NCBI GenBank assembly: GCA_029953675.1
Contig: JAMWBK010000009.1
Location: forward strand, 496,001 to 560,000
Direction of reading: 5' to 3'
Source of the DNA: Rhodosorus marinus CCMP1338
Taxonomy: Eukaryota > Plantae > Rhodophyta
DNA: 64,000 bases
The notes under the pieces: generated by a model
What the model was told of the DNA's origin: nothing
What the model saw: only the letters and a program-made list of their open reading frames with translations
Database searches by the model: none
Shown: positions 60,297 to 64,000 of the stretch, one piece after another
Numbering within the stretch: the stretch's first letter is position 1
Layout of the letters: every line of letters starts with the position of its first letter
Program-made: the position numbers and the translations under genes

Positions 60297-61285
60297 TCAA
60301 TGTCCAGTTCTGTCTTTTGGTTCGTCAGTTCCTTCCTTTCTTGCGCTGCTGACGACCCGCCGTGTCCTGTTCTTCAGCGTGCGCGGCCTGGATGCGTTTC
60401 GAGGCATTTCTTTCCGTTTCAGCCGCATCGACGACGGGCTTGCCCGTGCCGGCTGCTGGTGGCTTTGGGATGATCCTATGGCAGCAGCTAGCTCGTGCTC
60501 AAAGTCTGACTGCTGCTTTAACAGCTCTTTTTGCTGGGATTCACTGGCCAGATGAAAGAGTCGCTCCCATTTGCGAGCAAAGTCGTCACTGGATAGCTCG
60601 ATGGGCAGAACTTCTGTAGGGTTCGGGTTGAGCTCCATCCTAGGGTGTCCAGAGTGCGTAGAATTCCTGGACATGACGTACCATCCGTCACGGAAACCAT
60701 CCGGAGATGGAACGGATCCTCGGAACATATTTCGAAGCGAGATTTTCCTCTTGCTCTGACCGAAGTTATCGAGCGAAGACATGGCAGCTCCCTCGATGAG
60801 GGTCAACTAAGGGCAAACATATGCGGTTTCCTCAGCAGAAGTAGCATATCAAAGTTCTTTGGAAAAGCGGGTTGGGGTAAAGCAACTAACTCTTATCTCA
60901 AACGAGCAATCTGCAGTTTTTTTGGTCCTCTTTTTGGTCTTCTTCGGCACTGAATTCGGCTTGGAGTCTGTGCCTTTCGAGTACGAACACTTAAGGACGA
61001 ACAAGCCCTTCGCCCGCGATGAGTACGCGGTCGTAATATCGCTTCCATGAGTCCGACATTCTTGTTTTAGGGTCGACCGGATCTCTTCTATATCGGTCCC
61101 GAGGAACGATCCTGCGGAGAGCAAAACCAAAGTGAAGCCACACCTGATCAATCCTTGTCCAGCGCAAAAGGCACGAACTCAAGTGTTCAACAGCAAACTT
61201 CAACTTCATAGAAATAAACCTTTTGCCGTTCCACAATCCACTTACCAATGGACCAGAATCCCTCGTGGGTCCAGGTCTGCTCCAT
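60297..61285 (-). CDS. WRKY-GCM1/FAR1-like Zn-finger DNA-binding protein; 3' end uncertain
   Basis: ATG at 61285; introns ~61245-61105 and ~60889-60807 give GSFLGTDIEEIRSTLKQECRTHGSDI...FVLKCSY...KKTADCSFEIRL...WYVMSRNSTHSGHP (C..C..W..HxxH). Confidence 0.5.
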
Positions 61286-62721
61286 CTTCTACCGATTGTA
61301 CAAGACCGCGTCAAAGTCAGCTCCGGCCCTCCGCAGAATCCATGGCACTCCAGCTAGGCTTCTTCCGAACCTGTTCTTGGCGATTTGCTCAACTTTGGCA
61401 TCAACTTGACATGGAGTTCATCAGAAGCTCTCGCCTTGTCCCAGAGACTCGTTATGGGACATGATGTCCCACTACTTCTTTCCCATCGTTTGGCGCTGGG
61501 TTGGAACTCCCCCGGGCGTCAATGAGCGGCCCAAGGTCTTAGCCCATCTCTATGCAAAGTCACCTGAAGAAGCAAGGCAGCCAGAGGTGGAGCTATGTCA
61601 ATTGGACCCGGAACTTCACAGCTGGAGGTCCGTGAGGCCCCTGTGAAAGTTCGTGAGCCCTCCAGAAAAGAGATCAGAAAAATATACGGGCTCTGCCATT
61701 TTTCTCTCTCTTCAGACGTAGGCTTGGTCCCCGCTCCTCAACAGGTACCCCGACTCGTGCCTACATGATGGTGCAGCGCCGTGTTCGCCAAGGAGTCATC
61801 GGCTTAGACAACACCAGTTCGATTGTTAACGCTGCCCAGACGCTGTCAACAAGTGCATAGGGTTACTGACCACGCCGACGACGGACGGTCAGACTGATGT
61901 CTACGAATAGGTGCGTAAGGTCGAGATAGTCTTACCTTTGCCACGACGACCCAAAGCAAAGGATCCCGTGGCGGAACAGAGCATTTCTACTGGCTCAAGG
62001 TTTGAGACTTAAGTTCCTAATGGAGGTGGGCCTACACCTACAGAACCCGGCGGGCAAGTGAGAGAAGCCCGAGCGATGCTGAATCAACTATTGTGGAACG
62101 GGAATGCACTCGTGTCCACACAACCTCGGCGAAGCGGACTACCCGGTAGTCCCCATGGTAGAACGTAGCCACCCTAGCCACTAAGGCTTCACCAATAATG
62201 CATTGATAGTCTTCTTCACTTTTTAGGGGCTCCTTTAGGGAGTCCTTTAGTAAAGCGTCCACGGGTACGTCAATCTGGGACTTAAACTCTGAAAACAAAC
62301 GACCCAGAGATATTGATTCTCATCGATCAATGTTGATTTAGAGATCTTCTAACCCTCACGCGAACAAAAGGAAATGACCTAGAGCAGGATATACCTGTAA
62401 CCTCCCTAAGGTGTCTCCAGTGCCAAAGGTCGCCGGGATGAACCGCGCACTGAGTCTATGCCAAAGGCAGTCCAAACCAGACGCAGGGATATTACCGGCG
62501 ATCTTTGTCAGTGGAGACACTTTAGAGAGGTTACAGGTACATCGCACTCGAGGTCATTCCGCTTGTTCGGGTGTGAGATAGAACAGGTGAAAATCAACAG
62601 TATGTCTTTCTCGATTGTCTTGTTTTTTCCGTCATAAACCAGGTGCTTTACTTAAGATTCTCACTTGGGACAAGCGCTTGGTGATCGATCTTATCTTCCT
62701 GCATGTTCGTTCCTTAAAATT

Positions 62722-63375
62722 TTATTTGTGCTTCTTTGCGCCTCCGGGTTTCGGTTCATTGGCTCTTACATCTTCGTAGAGGTACTTCTCCAGCGCTGTT
62801 GTATCGGTGACAGAGCACATGCACCCGTTTACATTGTCTGCAAAGAACTCAATTAGCATTCGAACCTTGTGATTCTTGTTTTTCTCCGTGTGATTTTCCA
62901 CGCGTGAAAACACATTAGGGAGCGTGCACGCCAAGCTCGCGGATATGAAAGGCCATCGCCGGATCTTGTAGTTCGCCGCATATGCTTTTCCAGAGAATAG
63001 CGGATACTTCTTGTAGCCAGCAGCGGAGAGCCTGGTCTCTGCTTCGGATCTCTCTTCCTCAGGAAAATCATCCAGTATCACACCTGAAAAAAAACGGCCG
63101 TGCTCGGGGCCGCTGTTGATCTTTTTGAGGTCGTCAGGATTGTCATACAGCATCGCGAGCTTTCTGACATTTCCAGAAGGAGCAGCTTTGAACGCCCCTA
63201 CAATTCCCCCCAAAACCCCTCCATATCCGATTGTAAGTTTCATCATTGCTGTTTTCCCACCGAGCGGCATGTCCATCTCCTTGACCTCTGGCCTCTGGAA
63301 TCCACCAAGCAATTCATACACGGCCACTCCACCAATAGCGACCGCACTCACACCGATTCCAATCTGTGTCAACAT
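62722..63375 (-). CDS. TEX264-like protein, paralog B
   Basis: Same architecture and clear similarity to 55072-55737 (GKTAM.K...G, RKLAMLYDNP, AAG..KYPL.SG...Y..RGW/RRWPF). Confidence 0.7.
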   Translation of the reverse strand: MLTQIGIGVSAVAIGGVAVYELLGGFQRPEVKEMDMPLGGKTAMMKLTIGYGGVLGGIVGAFKAAPSGNVRKLAMLYDNPDDLKKINSGPEHGRFFSGVILDDFPEEERSEAETRLSAAGYKKYPLFSGKAYAANYKIRRWPFISASLACTLPNVFSRVENHTEKNKNHKVRMLIEFFADNVNGCMCSVTDTTALEKYLYEDVRANEPKPGGAKKHK

Positions 63376-64000
63376 CTTAGCTTCACTCTTCAGTCAAGTC
63401 GAGCAAATTTTCCTTCGAAATTTGATTATGTCCCCTTTGTTTCCAACACTCCATACTCCTCACGGCCTCACCAAGCTTCACCCGCGCCGAGGACTTTTAC
63501 TTATACCTTTCGGCCTAGCGACAAACACCATTAGAATCTCCTGATTTCCTCTCTAAACCTCAGCTCCTACAAAGACGGCCCGGGGGGGGGGCCCCCCGGG
63601 CAAACTTCCACGACTGCCCCTCGGGTCATGCCCCAGCTACTGCCAATCGGCCGATCACCTCGAAAGCATGACACAGACACACTCCTCAAACCACCACCCT
63701 AAAAATCCGCCAAACAACAAACATCAAGGGAAAAATACCCCTGCTTACAAGAGACTAACTTCACCAAACATACATCCTTCATCCATGCTCATATACATCC
63801 AACCCTCCCTCTCCATCCGCCTCCAAAGCCCTTATCGCTAAGCTACCTGTACCATAGCATGGCCCGTCCGAGTGCTTAGTGGAGATGCAACCTCATTGGC
63901 GTACAGAATGTCCCGGATCCAAATATTATTATATTCATAAAATAATAACCAATGAAAAAGTAGAATACTTGCATTGCCGGAAGGGGTAGGAAATCTGGTT

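Noticed and set aside
1-64000. tRNA, rRNA or snRNA genes
   Set aside because: No cloverleaf with A/B boxes and no rRNA or U1/U2/U6 signature seen by eye; GTTCGA hits lie in coding or repeat sequence. tRNAscan-SE or Infernal would be decisive.

Overview
Compact, intron-containing eukaryotic genomic DNA, most likely from a unicellular red alga. This is an inference from short GT-AG introns of about 70-140 nt and MAFV/MGFV-type plastid transit peptides. Housekeeping genes: MCM8 C-terminus, VPS4, an HVA22/REEP protein, LepA/GUF1, a 12-kb VPS13, ataxin-3/Josephin, RPL22e, a plastid GIY-YIG protein, a Sec8-like protein, an FMN reductase, CFIm25, two TEX264-like paralogs and a WRKY-GCM1/FAR1-like protein. 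An accessory block at about 27-41 kb holds three defective chromodomain-type Ty3/Gypsy elements and a spliced trypsin-family protease fused to a Hedgehog-type Hint domain. The main observations are: (1) the secreted S1 protease-Hint (Hog) fusion; (2) a 1.25-kb palindromic LTR-element derivative with inward-facing LTRs, flanked by a direct 5-bp repeat (GTTTC); (3) the same fold-back signature at a short inverted repeat in a second member of that family, which makes both loci candidate hairpin-RNA (Mu-killer-like) silencers; (4) a VPS13 C-terminal extension with an aegerolysin-like sandwich and a UBA domain. All calls come from manual reading and alignment; no database searches were run.
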